From the human T2T-CHM13v2.0 reference genome, Homo sapiens: 64,000 nucleotides of DNA. Positions 46,501-57,716 of this stretch are shown here, one piece after another. Under the pieces are notes generated by a model that worked only from the letters and a program-made list of their open reading frames with translations, ran no database searches and was not told the DNA's origin. Location: NCBI GenBank assembly GCA_009914755.4, contig CP068257.2:5856001-5920000 (forward strand). Reading direction: 5' to 3'. The position numbers were made by a program, and so were the translations under genes. Within the stretch, counting starts at the first letter, position 1; each line of letters starts with the position of its first letter.

Positions 46501-49500
46501 ACTCCGCTAGACTCCTTTCCTCTCCCATCCCCTCCATTCCACTCCATTTCTCTCCACTCCACTTCATTCCACTACACTCCATTTCACTCCAATCCATTCC
46601 ATTCCATTCCAATCCAATCCATTCCATTCAATTCCACTTCACTCCATTGCAAACCACTCGATTCCCTTCAACTCCTCCCCATTCCATTCCACTCCTATCC
46701 ATTCTTTCCATTAAACTCCATTCCACTCCATTTCTTTCCATTCTCCTCCACTACATTCCATTCAGTTCCACCACAGTCCACTACACTCCATTCATTTCCA
46801 ATCCAATCAACTCCATTCCATTAAATTCTACTCCACTCAGTTCCATTCCACTCCACTCCATTCCACTCCACTCCACTCTTTGCACTCGTTTCCATTCCAA
46901 TCTACTCCATTCCACCCCATTCCAATAAATTGCATTCCACTCAACTCCATTCCGTTCCATTCCATTCCACTTCAATCCATTCCACTCCACTCCACTGCAT
47001 TCCACTGCATTCTATTCCCTTCCACTCCATTCCACTCTACTCTATTCCACTGAACTCCTTTTCATTCCACTCCATTCCATTCTACTCCACTCCACTCCAA
47101 TCAACTTCATTCCAATCCATTCTATTCCATTCCACTCGATACCATTCCACTCCACTCCATTCTATTACATTTCATTCCAATACACTCCACTCCATTCCAC
47201 TCCACTCCATTATATTCCATTCCACCCTGTTCCATTCCATTCCCCTGTACTCCTCTCCAATCCACTGCACTACAGTCCATTCCCCTTCAGTCCATTCCAT
47301 TCCACTATTCTCAACTACACTCCACTCCATTCCACTCCACTCCACTCCGCTCTACTCCACTCCATTTCATTCATGTCCACTCCATTTTTTTCCATTCCAC
47401 TCCAGTCCATTCCACTCCTTTCCAATCCACTCTGCTCCACTACATTCCATTCCAATCCACTCCATTCCTTTCCCCTCATTTCTCGTCCATGCAACTCAGT
47501 TCCACTCCACTCCATTCCATTCCACTCTACTCTACTCCATTCCATTCCATTCCACTCCACTCCACTCCACTCTAATCCACTCCACTCCATTCCATTCCAA
47601 TCCACTCAATTCCATTCCACTCCACTTCACTGCATTCCACTCCACTTCATTCCATTCCACTCTTTTCCATTCCACTCCACTCCATTCCATTTCATTCCCC
47701 TCCATTCCATTCCACTCTACTCCATTCCATTCCATTCCATTCCATTCCATTCCTTTCCTCTCCACTCCATTCCCTTCCAATCCACTGCATTTCACTCCAC
47801 TTCCTTCCATTCCGTTCTTTTCCACTCCATTCCATTCCACTGCACTCCATTCCATTCCACTCATCTCCATTCCATTCCACTCCTTTCCATTTCACTCCAC
47901 TGTACTCCATTCCGTTCAACTCCTCTTCATTCCAGTCCTCTCCACTCCATTCCACTGCTCTCCGTTCCTCTCCAATCCTTTCCATTCAATTCCATGCCAT
48001 TCCATTCCATTGCACTCCGTTCGATTCGACTCCACTCCTTTTCAGTCCATTCCCCTACATTCCATTCCATTCTACTCCACTAAATTCTAGTCCACTCCAC
48101 TCCATTCCATTCCATTCATGGTCATTCCATTCCATTCTATTCCATTCCATTCCACAATACTCCATTCTACTCAACTCCACTCGGTTCCACTCCACTCCAT
48201 TCCGTTCCACTCAACTCCATTCCACTCCACCACATCCCATTCCACTCTCTTCCATTGCACTCCACTACATTCCATTCCACTGCTCTCCATTCAACTCCAT
48301 TCCAGTCTACGAAACACAACTCCATTCCACTCCACTCCACTTCATTCCTTTTCATTACATTCCATCCAACCCACTCCATTCCATTCCATTTCACTTCACT
48401 CCATTCCACTCTACTCCTCTCCACTCCATGCCACTCCTTTAATCTCCATTCCATTCCATTTCACCTCATACCACTCCACTCTGCAACATTCCACTCCACT
48501 CCAGTCCACCCCATTCCATTCCACACTGCTCCAGTCCACTTCACTCCATTCCACCCCATTTCACTCCACTCCATTGTGTTCCATACCATTCTATTCGACT
48601 CCCTTCCACTCCACTCCACTCCATTACGCTCCACTCCATTGCATTCCATTCCATGCCTCTCTATTCTATTCAATTCCACTCCATTCCATTCCACTCCAGT
48701 CCCATCCACTACATTCCACTCCATTCCATTCCCCTCCACTCCACGCCACTCTACTCCCCTCCACTTCTCTTCATCCCATTCCATTCCTTGCCATTCCATT
48801 CTATTCCATTTTATTCCATTCCACTCCAATCCATTCCAATTCACTCCACTCAGTTCCACTCCACTTGATGCCATTCCACTCCACTCGATTCCATTTCATT
48901 CGACTCCACACCACTCCCCTTCATTTCACTCCACTCTTCTCCACACCTATCCACTCCACCCCAATCCATTCCACTCTGTTAGTTTCCATTCCACTCCAAT
49001 CCGTTACATTCCAGTCCACTCCATTCCATTCCACTACATTTCAGTTCATTCCACTCCATTCCATTTCATTCCATTGCATTCCATTCCACCCAACTCCATT
49101 CCACTCCATTCCATTCCACTCTACTTCATTCCATACCATTTCATTCCAGTCCATTCCATTACACTCCACTCCATTCCATTCCACTACACTCCATTCCACT
49201 GCTTGCCACTCCATTCCATTCCACTCCACTCCACTCCAATCCATTCCATTCCATTGTATTCCACTCAAATCCACTCCACTCCTTTCTTTTCCATTCCATT
49301 CCACTCCATTCTACTCCACCCCACTCCACTCCATTCCATTCCATTCCACTCCTTCTATTCCATTCCACTGCATTCCACTCCACTCCATTCCATTCCACCC
49401 CACTCCACTCCACTCCATTCCATTCCACTCCATTTCATTCCATTGCTCTCCCTTCCATTCCTTTCCACTGCATCCCAATCCACTCCATTCCATTACACTC

Positions 49501-50540
49501 CATTCCATTCCTTTCCACTCCACTCCAGTCCATTCCACCCCACTCCATTTTATTCCATTCTATTCCACTCTACTCCATTCCTTTCAATTCCATTCCACTC
49601 CACTTCAGTCAATTCCACTCCAATCCATTCCATTCGATTGCATTCCATTCCACTGCAATCCACAGCACTCCACTCCATGCCTTTCCACTCCCTTCCATTC
49701 CATTCGATTCCATTGCATTCCATTTGATTCCACTGCATTCCATTGCACTCCTTTCCATTCCACTCCACACCATTTAATTCCACTTCACTCCATCCATCCT
49801 CATTCCAACACATTCCGCTTCAGTACACTCCACTCCCTTCCACTCCACTCCATCCCTCCCCACTCCACTCCATTCCACTACATTCCACTCCTTTCCATTC
49901 CACTCTATTCCCTTCCATTCCACTCCACCCCAGTCTGCTCCATTTCATTCCAATCCACTCCGTTCCATTCCACTCCACTCCACTACATTCCAATCCATTG
50001 TATTCCAATTTATTCAATTCCTAACCACTCCATTCCATTCCACTCCACTCCATTCTACTCCACTCCACTCCACTCCACTTTACTCCACTCCATTCAATTC
50101 GACTCCACTCCACTCAACTACACTCTACTTCTCTTCACTCCACTTCATTCCTTTCCACTCCATTGCATTCCATTCCACTTCACTCCATTCCAATCCAATC
50201 CACTCCATTCCACTTCACTCCCTTCCATTCCATTCCATTCCTTTCCTTTCCACTCATCTCCATTCCTCTCCAGTCCACTCCATTCCACTCTACACCATTC
50301 CACTGTACTGCATTCCACTCCACTGCATTCCACTCCAGTCCATTCCATTCCATTCCCTTCCACTTCCCTGCATTCCATTGAATGTCATACTACTCCACTC
50401 CAGTACACTCTTCTCCACTCCATTCAATTGCATTCCATTCCATTCCACTCCTCTCCACTCCATTCCACTCCACTCCACTCCAATCCGCTCCGTTCAATTC
50501 CATTCAATTCCACCCCATTCCATTCCACACCACTCCATTC

Positions 50541-50650
50541 CATTCCACTGCAATCCATTACATATTATTCCACTCCATTCCTTTTTATTCCATTCCATTC
50601 CACTGCAATCCATTACATATTATTCCACTCCATTCCTTTTTATTCCACTC
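50541..50650. repeat. 55-bp exact tandem duplication (x2) with an A/T-rich variant core 'ccattacatattattcc…cctttttattcc'.
   Basis: Seen directly: 'cattccactgcaatccattacatattattccactccattcctttttattc' starts at 50541 and 50596. Confidence 0.85.
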
Positions 50651-53530
50651 CATTCCACTGAATTCCATTCCATTCCATTCCATTCCATTCCATTCCATTC
50701 CACTTCTCTCCATCCAATTCCACCCCATTCCACTCCACTCCACTCCATTCCACTCCACTCCATTCCATATCACTCCACTCCATGCCATTCCACTCCACTC
50801 CATTCCATACCCCTACCCTCCATGCCATTGCACTCCACTCCATTCCATTCCATGCTTCTTCACTCCATTCCACTCCACTCAATTTCGTTACACTCCACTG
50901 AACTCAACTCAGCTCTATTCTACTCCACTCCAAAAGACCCCACTCCACTCCACTTCATTCCTCTCCATTCCATTCCATTCCTATCCACACCATTCCATTC
51001 CTCTCCACTCCATTCTATTCCACTCCATTCCATTACATTACACTCCATTCCATTCCACTCCACTTCATTCCATCCCATTGTATTCCATTCCATTCCATTA
51101 CAATCCACTCCATTCGGTTCCACTCCACCACACTCCTCTTCACTCCACTCCTCTCCAATTTTGTCCATTCCATTCCATTCCATTCTATTCCACTCCATTC
51201 CATTTCATTCGACTCCACTCCATTCCACTCAACTCCACTCTGCTCCTCTTCATTCAATTCCATTCCATTCAACTCCATTCAATTCCTGTCCACTCCATTC
51301 CATTCCACTCCACTCCATTCCAATCCACCTTATAACACTACGTTATATTCCATTCTACTCCATTACTTTCCACGCCACTCCACTCCACTCCATTCCACTA
51401 CATTCTATTCCATTCCACTCCATTCCATTCCATAACACTCCATTCTATTCCATTCCATTCCATTCCTCTCCAATCCATTCCACTCCACTCCATTCCATTA
51501 AATTCCACTCTATTCCACTCCCTTCCATTTCAATCCATTGCTTTCCACTTCATTAAAATCCACTACACTCCATTCCACTCCAATCCAATTCATGATTTTC
51601 CATTCCACTCCATTCCTCCCTGCTCTATTCCACTCCTCTCCAATCCATTACACTTCACTCCATTCCATTCCATTCCACTCCATTCCATTCCAATAAATTC
51701 TATTCCATTCCACTCCTTTCCATTCCATTCCACTCAATTCCATTCCATTCCACTCCACTCCACTTCACTCCATTCCATTGGATTCCATTCCATTCCGTTC
51801 CACTCCCCACCCTTCCACTCCACCTCACTCCATTCCTTTTCACTCCATTAAATACCACTCCACTACATTCCATGCCACTCCACTCCATTCCACTATACTA
51901 CATTCCACTCCATACCATTTCACTCCACTCCATTTCAGTCCATTCCGCTCCATTCCATTCCTTCCACTCAACTCCACTCCATTCCATCCCTTTCCATTCC
52001 ATTCTCTTCCACTCCACTCCATTACTTACCATTCCATTCCACTCCATTTATCTCCATTCCATTCCACTCTTCTGTACTCCACCACATTCCATTCCATTCC
52101 CTTCCACTCCACTCCATTCGAATCCATTCCAGTAAATTCCACTCCACCCCACTCCACTCTATTTCATTCCTCTTCATTCCATTCCCTTCCATTCCACTTC
52201 AATGCACACCATTCCACGCCATTCCACTCCATTCTATTCCATTCCAATGCATTCCACTCAACTCCACTCCATTATACTCCACTTCACTCCACTCTCCTCC
52301 ATTCAACTCCACTCTACTCCACGGCACTCAATTCCATTCAACTCCATTCCATTACATTCCACTCAAATCCATTCCATTCCACTGTAATCCATTCCATCCC
52401 ATTCCATTCCATTCCATTCCATTCCATTCCATTCCATTCCACTTCATTCCATTCCAATCCACTCCACTCCACTCCATTCTATCGCGTTCCATTCCATTCC
52501 ATTCCACTACACTCCACTCCATTCCATTCCTCTCCACTCCGCTCCATTCCACTCCATTCGAGTCCACTCCAATCCATTCCACTCCTCTCCACTCCATTCC
52601 ATTCCGTTCCACACCAATTCACTACACTCCAGTCTTTCCAATCCATTCCACTGCATTCCATTCCATTCTACTCCATTCCGTTCCATTCCACTTCACTCTT
52701 TTCCATTCCAATCCGTTCCATTCCATTCCACACCAGTCCAATCCACTCCACTCCATTCTATTCTACTCAATTCCACTCCACTACACAACATTACTTTCTA
52801 CCCATCTCTATTCCACTCCAATCCATTCCAATTCACTCCATCCCACTCCACTGCATTTCATTCCATTCCTTTCCACTCCTTACCTTTGCACTCCACTCCA
52901 CTCCATTCCAGTCCATTCCACTCTACTCTATTCCACTCCACTCCACTCCAGTCCATTCCAATTCATCCCATTCCATTCCATCCATTCTATTCCACTCAAC
53001 TCCACTCCACTCCATTCCGCTTTATTCCATTCCATTCCATTCCATTCAATTCCATTCCATTCCACTCCATTACATTCCATTCCACTCCACTCCACTCCAT
53101 TACATTCCATTCCATTCCATTCTAAACAACTCCGTTTCATTCCATTCCACTCTCATCCATTCCAATCCACACCACTACAGTACATCCCACGCCATTCCAT
53201 GCCACTATACTCCCCTGCACTCTATTCCATTCCATTCTATTCCACACCATTCCATTGCATTCCATTCCATTCCAATCCAATCCATTTCAGTCCACTCCCT
53301 TCCATTCCATTTCATTCCGCTGCACTCCTTTCCACTACAAACCATTTTACTCCATTCCCCTCATTTTCATTCCATTCCATTCCATTCCACTCCATTCCAT
53401 TACATTCCATTAAATTACATTCCACTCCATTCCATTCCACTCTATTCCATTCCATTCCCTTACATTCCACTCATCACCATTCCATTCCATTCCAATCTAT
53501 TGCACTCCACTCCATTCCATTCGATTCCAT

Positions 53531-53670
53531 TCCATTTCATTCCATTCCATTCCATTCATATCCACTCGTCCCCACTCCACTCCACTCCATTCCATTCCAT
53601 TCCATTTCATTCCATTCCATTCCATTCATATCCACTCGTCCCCACTCCACTCCACTCCATTCCATTCCAT
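53531..53670. repeat. 70-bp exact tandem duplication (x2).
   Basis: Seen directly: 'tccatttcattccattccattccattcatatccactcgtccccactccactccactccattccattccat' at 53531-53600 and again at 53601-53670. Confidence 0.85.
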
Positions 53671-56320
53671 TCCATTCCATGCCATTGCACTCAACTCCAT
53701 TCTACTCCATTCCATTCCACTCCAGACAACTCCATTCCACCACATTCCTTTCCAACCTATTCCATTCCACTCCACTCCATTTCACTCCATTCTTCTCTAA
53801 TCCATTCCATTCCATTCTATTCCTCTACAATCCATTAAATTCCATTCCACTCCACTCCTTTCAACTCCATTGAATTCCATTCCACTCCACTCCTTTCCAC
53901 TCCATTCCATTCAACTCCATTCCATTCCATTCCATTCCATTCCACTCCATTCCATTCCATTCAATTCCATTCCAGTTTATTCCATTCCATTCCTTTCCAT
54001 TCCATTCCATTCCACTCCATTCCATTCAAATCCTTTCCATTCCATATCATTCCATTCCATTCCGTTCCATTGGACTCCATTCCATTCCCCTCCACTCCAC
54101 TAAATAGCGCTCCATTCCATTCCATTCAATTCCATTCCTCTCGACCCCATGCCACTCCACTGCAGTCCATTCCATTCCATTCCATTGCAGTCCACTCAAT
54201 TCCATTCCACTCCACTCCACTCCTTTCCATTTCTTTCCATTTCATTCCATTCCATTCCACTACATTCCGTTACAATGCTCTCCACTCCTCTACATTCCTC
54301 TCTATTCCATTCGACTCCACTCCCCTTCTCACCATTCCATTGCATTCCATCTCACTCCACTCCACTCAATTCCATTCCATTCCATTCCATTCCATTCCAT
54401 TCCATTCCATTCCATTCTTTCCACTTCACCTGCACTTCACTTCATGCATTCCATTCCACTCCTCTCCAATCCATTCCATTTTCCATTCCATTCCATTCCA
54501 TACCATACCATTCCTCTCAATTCCCTTAAAATCCATGCCCCTCCATTCCATTCCTTTCCATTCCACTCCACTTCTTTCCATTCCATTCCATTCCATCAAT
54601 TACAATCCACTGCACTCCACTACATTCCACTACATTCTCTTCCACTCCACTCCTCTCGTCTCCATTACAATGGAATCCATTTCATTTTATTCCATTCCAA
54701 TCCATAAAATTCCATTCCATTCCATTCCATACCACCCCATTTCACTCCACTCCATTCAGTTCTATTATATTGCATTCCACTCCACTGCATTTCATTCAAT
54801 TCCACTCCTCTGCATTAAAACCCTTTCCATTCCACTTCACTCCAATCCATTCCATTCTACTCCATTCCATTCCATTTCCTTCCATTGCATTCTACCGCAG
54901 TCCTCTCTTCCCAATTCCATTCCATTCCTTTCCACTCCTTTCCTTTCCATTCCACTACACTCCATTCCATTCCATACCTTTCCACTTCGTTCCATTCCAT
55001 TCAACTACACTCTATTCCATTCCATTCCATTCCATTCCATTACACTGTACTCGTTCCATTCCAAACCACTCCATTCCACTTCACTCAACCCCTTTCCATT
55101 CCATTGCATTCCATTCCATTCCATTTCATTGCATTTCATTCTACTGAACAACACTCTATTCCATTACATTCCACTCTACTCAATTCCAATCCAGTCCATT
55201 CCACGTCACTCAACTCCATTCCATTCCATTCCATTCCACTCCACACCATTCCTCTCCACTCCATTCCATTCCATTGCATTCCACTCCTCTCCATTCCACT
55301 CCATGCCACTCCATTCCATTCCTTGCCATTCCACTCCACTCCATTCCATTTCACTCCACTACATTCCTCCCCATTCCTCTCCATCCTATTCCGTTCCATT
55401 CTACTCCACTCCATTCCATTCCACTCTATTCCATTCCATTCCAATCCATTCCATTTCACTCCTCTCCACTCCGTTCCATACCAGTCTTTTCCATTCCATT
55501 CCTTTCCATTCCATTCTATTCATTCCACTCCTTTCCTTTCCAATCCATTCCACTCCACTCCATTCCACTCCATTCCATTCCACTCCAATCCCCTCCTCTC
55601 CATTGCATTGCATTCCATTCCATTCCATTCTCCTACACTCAATTCCATTCCATTCCACTCCACTCCGTTCAATTCCATTCCATTCCACTACACTCCATTC
55701 CATTCCATACCACTCCATTCCACTGCATTCCTTTCCAATCCATTCTATTCCTTTCCACTACCATTCATTCCATTCCATTCCTCTGTACTCCATTCCACTC
55801 CAGTTCATTTCTCTGCACTCAACTCCATTGCATCCTACTCCATTCCATTCATCTCCACACCTTTCCACTTCACTGCATTGCATTCCATTCCATTCCACTT
55901 AACTTCATTCCACTCCATTCCATTACAATCCAGTGCCCTCCATTGCATTCCATTCAACTCCATTCCATTCCATTCCATACCATTCCTTTCCCACCCGTTC
56001 TTCTCCACTCCATTCCATTCCATAACACTCTAGTCTATTCCATTCCATTCAATTGCCTTCGTTTCCATTCTATTCCACTCCATTCAATTCCATTGCAATC
56101 CATGCAATTCCATTTACTTCCATTCCATTCCATGGAATTCCATTCCATTCCATTCCATTCCAGTCCATTCCATTCCAATCCATTCCATTGCATGGAATTC
56201 CATTCCATTCCATTCCATTCCATTGCATGGAATTCCATTCCATTCCATGGAATTCCATTCCATTCCATTGCATGGAATTCCATTCCATTGCATGGAATTC
56301 CATTCCATTCCATTCCATTC

Positions 56321-56410
56321 CGTGGAATTCCATTCCATTCCATTCCATTCCGTGGAATTCCATTCCATTCCATTCCATTCCGTGGAATTCCATTCCATTC
56401 CATTCCATTC
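56321..56410. repeat. 30-bp unit CGTGGAATTCCATTCCATTCCATTCCATTC x3.
   Basis: Seen directly: 'cgtggaattc' at 56321, 56351, 56381; next 'cgtgg' at 56411. Confidence 0.85.
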
Positions 56411-56720
56411 CGTGGATTTCCTTTCCATTCCACGGAATTCCATTCCGTGGATTTCCTTTCCATTCCACGGAATTCCATTCCGTGGATTTCCTTTCCATTC
56501 CACGGAATTCCATTCCGTGGATTTCCTTTCCATTCCACGGAATTCCATTCCGTGGATTTCCTTTCCATTCCACGGAATTCCATTCCGTGGATTTCCTTTC
56601 CATTCCACGGAATTCCATTCCGTGGATTTCCTTTCCATTCCACGGAATTCCATTCCGTGGATTTCCTTTCCATTCCACGGAATTCCATTCCGTGGATTTC
56701 CTTTCCATTCCACGGAATTC
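56411..56720. repeat. 35-bp unit CGTGGATTTCCTTTCCATTCCACGGAATTCCATTC x about 9 (two CpGs per unit).
   Basis: Seen directly: 'cgtgg' starts at 56411, 56446, 56481, 56516, 56551, 56586, 56621, 56656, 56691, which is an exact 35-bp spacing. Each unit contains CGTGG and CACGGAATTCC. Confidence 0.9.
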
Positions 56721-57345
56721 CATGGATTTCCTTTCCATTCCACGGAATTCCATGGATTTCCTTTCCATTCCACGGAATTCCATGGATTTCCTTTCCATTC
56801 CATGGAATTCCATTCCATGGAATTCCATTCCATGGATTTCCTTTCCGTTCCATGGAATTCCATTCGATGGATTTCCTTTCCGTTCCATGGAATTCCATTC
56901 GATGGATTTCCTTTCCGTTCCATGGAATTCCATTCCATGGATTTCCTTTCCGTTCCATGGAATTCCATTCGATGGATTTCCTTTCCGTTCCATGGAATTC
57001 CATTCCATGGATTTCCTTTCCGTTCCATGGAATTCCATTCGATGGATTTCCTTTCCGTTCCATGGAATTCCATTCCATGGATTTCCTTTCCGTTCCATGG
57101 AATTCCATTCCATGGATTTCCTTTCCGTTCCATGGAATTCCATTCCATGGATTTCCTTTCCGTTCCATGGAATTCCATTCCATGGATTTCCTTTCCGTTC
57201 CATGGAATTCCATTCCATGGATTTCCTTTCCGTTCCATGGAATTCCATTCCATGGATTTCCTTTCCGTTCCATGGAATTCCATTCCATGGATTTCCTTTC
57301 CGTTCCATGGAATTCCATTCCATTCCACTCCATTCCATGGAATGT
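56721..57345. repeat. CATGG/GATGG variant units. A short 30-bp form (CATGGATTTCCTTTCCATTCCACGGAATTC x~3) is followed by 35-bp units (C/G)ATGGATTTCCTTTCCGTTCCATGGAATTCCATTC x about 14. The first ones alternate GATGG and CATGG, giving a 70-bp dimer.
   Basis: Seen directly: 56721-56815 has 30-bp spacing of 'catggatttcc'. From 56831, 'catggatttcctttccgttccatggaattccattcgatggatttcctttccgttccatggaattccattc' repeats. From ~57060 all units are the CATGG form. Confidence 0.85.
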
Positions 57346-57649
57346 CATTCCTATTGACTGCACTCCATTCAATTACTTTCCACTCCACTCCATTCAACTA
57401 CATTCCCTTCCATTCCTTTCGATTCCTTTCCACTCTCTTCCATTCCATTCGATTCCATTCCATTCCGTTCCGTTCCATTCCATTCCATTCCATTGCACTC
57501 CACTCCATTCTATTCCATTCCACTCCACCCCACTCCATTCCATTCCATTTCATTCTCCTTCATTCCATTCCATTCCATTCTACTCCTTTCCATTCCATTG
57601 CACTACATTCCTTTCCAATCCCCTCCTCTCCACTATATTCCACTCCATT

Positions 57650-57716
57650 CCATTCCATTCCATTCCATTCCATTCCATTCCAATCCATTCCATTCCATTC
57701 CATTCCATTCCATTCC
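57650..57716. repeat. Example of a near-pure (ATTCC)n run (about 13 units, one CAATCC variant). Similar pure runs are at ~2254-2304, 9137-9177, 28334-28375, 29037-29085, 34731-34780 and 54370-54415.
   Basis: Seen directly: 'cattccattccattccattccattccattccaatccattccattccattccattccattccattcc'. Confidence 0.9.

Larger units (their letters stand above)
56131..57345. repeat. Palindrome-punctuated sub-satellite array. Units of 30-35 bp each contain CCATGG/CCACGG and GGAATTCC (NcoI-like and EcoRI sites) nested in the 12-bp palindrome ATGGAATTCCAT. About 35-40 units.
   Basis: Seen directly: 'c(a/g)tggaattcc' first occurs at 56131 and then recurs at irregular 20-60 bp spacings. It becomes regular from 56321. 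The last 'ccatggaattcc' is at ~57306. The 400+ aa ORFs in several frames here (for example 56035..57372 -, 56053..57357 +) are periodic repeat translations (…GNPWNGIPWNGKEIHGMEFHGTERKS… repeating every ~35 bp), not genes. Confidence 0.88.

Noticed and set aside
56131-57345. Regular ~35-bp repeats punctuated by short palindromes, superficially CRISPR-like (a 35-bp period sits in the repeat-plus-spacer size range, and the repeats are palindromic).
   Set aside because: There are no unique spacers. The entire period is the repeated unit (the 'spacer' is identical in every copy). There is no leader and no cas genes. The flanking sequence is the same satellite, in a eukaryotic context. It is a tandem minisatellite-like subrepeat, not a CRISPR array.
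56411-57345. GGAATTCC/GGATTTCC as NF-kappaB/Rel binding sites, or GAA/TTC as HSF1 heat-shock elements forming a regulatory cluster.
   Set aside because: The kappaB consensus needs GGGRNWYYCC (the 5' GGG is absent: TGGAATTCCA). A canonical HSE needs alternating nGAAnnTTCn with 2-bp spacers, whereas here it is GAATTC with no spacer. The matches are too weak to annotate as regulatory features, so they are mentioned only as speculation in the findings.
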